Of a stretch of DNA of 64,000 bases, positions 63,012 to 64,000 are shown piece by piece (position 1 is the first letter of the stretch; every line of letters starts with the position of its first letter). A model generated the notes under the pieces. It was not told where the DNA came from. It searched no databases and saw only the letters and a list, made by a program, of their open reading frames with translations. The DNA is from an uncultured Butyricicoccus sp. Lineage in GTDB: Bacteria > Bacillota > Clostridia > Oscillospirales > Butyricicoccaceae. A program made the translations under genes and the position numbers. Location of the stretch: NCBI GenBank assembly GCA_964387535.1, contig CAYLXH010000001.1:786-64785 (forward strand), read 5' to 3'.

Positions 63012-63674
63012 TCAGAATACGCAGTATTTCTCCATGTAGGATTCCATCAGCGGCAGGATACTCTCATACGTTCCCTGCTCTTTCAGATAGTCGTGAATAT
63101 CACGGACATCGATCAGCGAATGCACCTGGATGCCGAATTCCTCACCGACCTCCATCACGGCGGTCTTACCCGGGTTCTGTCCCACCTCACAGCGGTTGAC
63201 CGAAATAAACATATCCGTCACCTTGACGTCTGCACAGCCGTACAGCACCGGCAGCGTCTCGCGGATTGCTGTGCCGGCCGTGATGACATCCTCAATGATA
63301 ATAATCCGATCACCGTCTGCTGGTTTATAGCCGACGATGGAGCCGCCCTCACCGTGGTCCTTTGCCTCCTTGCGATTAAAGAAGAACGGCTTGTCAATGC
63401 CATACTCCCGCGCCATCGCACCCGCTACCGAGGTCGCCAGCGGAATCCCCTTATAGGCCGGTCCAAACATCGCATCAAACGCATCTCCGATCGTTTCCTT
63501 GACGAGTGCGGCATAAAACTCACCCAGACGGGAGGTCTGCAAGCCGGTCTTATAGTTGCCCGTGTTGACAAAATACGGTGTGTTGCGTCCGCTCTTGGTC
63601 ACAAAGTCTCCAAAGCGCAGCACGTCTGCGCTCATCATAAATTCAATAAATTCCTTTTTCGCCTGCGTCAGCAT
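63012..63674 (-). CDS. pyrE: Orotate phosphoribosyltransferase
   Basis: FGDFVTKSGR, FGPAYKGIP, NRKEAKDHGEGG, IEDVITAGT. Confidence 0.96.
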   Translation of the reverse strand: MLTQAKKEFIEFMMSADVLRFGDFVTKSGRNTPYFVNTGNYKTGLQTSRLGEFYAALVKETIGDAFDAMFGPAYKGIPLATSVAGAMAREYGIDKPFFFNRKEAKDHGEGGSIVGYKPADGDRIIIIEDVITAGTAIRETLPVLYGCADVKVTDMFISVNRCEVGQNPGKTAVMEVGEEFGIQVHSLIDVRDIHDYLKEQGTYESILPLMESYMEKYCVF

Positions 63675-63818
63675 GGAAATCTTCCCTTTCTGTGTTGGAT
63701 TGCCCTCAGTATAGCAGAAAATACCGCCCTCGACAAGATAAAACCGGTATTTGTCCCTTTACCATGCCCTCAAACAAACAGCCGGCAGCTTGTGCTGCCG
63801 GCTGACAAAGCAATGTGT

Positions 63819-64000
63819 TTACTTGTTCGGATTCTCAATACTAGTGATGCCGTCCGCACCGGCGGAGATGATCAGGTCGGTGCAGTTGAGGAAAAATCCG
63901 GTTTCCAGAACACCCAGCGTTCCCTTCAGGAAGGCTTCCATCGCGGCATAATCCTTTCCGAACCGGGAGTTGGTGTATTTCGTATCCAGAATATAGTTGT
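63819..64000 (-). CDS. rpiA: 3' end of ribose-5-phosphate isomerase A (partial)
   Basis: Hand translation NYILDTKY..LKGTLGVLETGFFLNCTDLIISAG..NK* resembles the RpiA C-terminus (NYILD, GVVETGLF). Confidence 0.7.
   Translation of the reverse strand, partial: NYILDTKYTNSRFGKDYAAMEAFLKGTLGVLETGFFLNCTDLIISAGADGITSIENPNK

Noticed and set aside
63675-63818. PyrR attenuator upstream of pyrE
   Set aside because: Only the rpiA terminator and a short promoter region are visible; no PyrR-binding loop

Overview
Chromosomal segment of a spore-former-type Clostridia genome (Oscillospiraceae/Butyricicoccus-like by gene content; this placement is inference). No CRISPR, prophage, IS or rRNA/tRNA is visible. 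Left to right: a CIRCE operator at the left edge; a DMT transporter/TetR divergon; and a ~24 kb minus-strand anaerobic cobalamin operon (cbiMNQO-cbiK-cbiDLFGHJ-cbiET-cbiA-cobT-cobU-cobS-short cobU-like-cobC-cbiB-cobD-cbiP-cbiC-hemA-sirC-hemC-cobA/hemD-hemL, with no hemB). Its ~620-nt leader holds two structurally different cobalamin riboswitches in tandem. The middle region has a Ca2+-type P-ATPase, a second TetR divergon, a solo DnaK paralogue, a degenerate CbiET-like protein, an NSS transporter, YbjQ, MscL with a Zn-ribbon tail, CIRCE-controlled htpG, two OYE flavoproteins, and an OmpR-family RR/HK/HtrA operon. Beside that operon are two SH3-3D cell-wall hydrolase genes whose promoters carry 11-bp-phased TGTWAH arrays, plus an unexplained, apparently structured ~200-nt spacer. 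The right region has rfbA, transporters, a YARHG/amidase/DUF4203-like operon, a Na+-type F1Fo ATP synthase operon whose atpD has an in-frame TGA inside the Walker A motif, a D-2-hydroxyacid dehydrogenase, pyrE and the 3' end of rpiA. The best candidates for new biology are the heterologous tandem B12 riboswitch, the phased-array cell-wall module, the decaying F1Fo operon and the CbiET pseudo-enzyme. All calls are by eye from sequence motifs; no searches were run.
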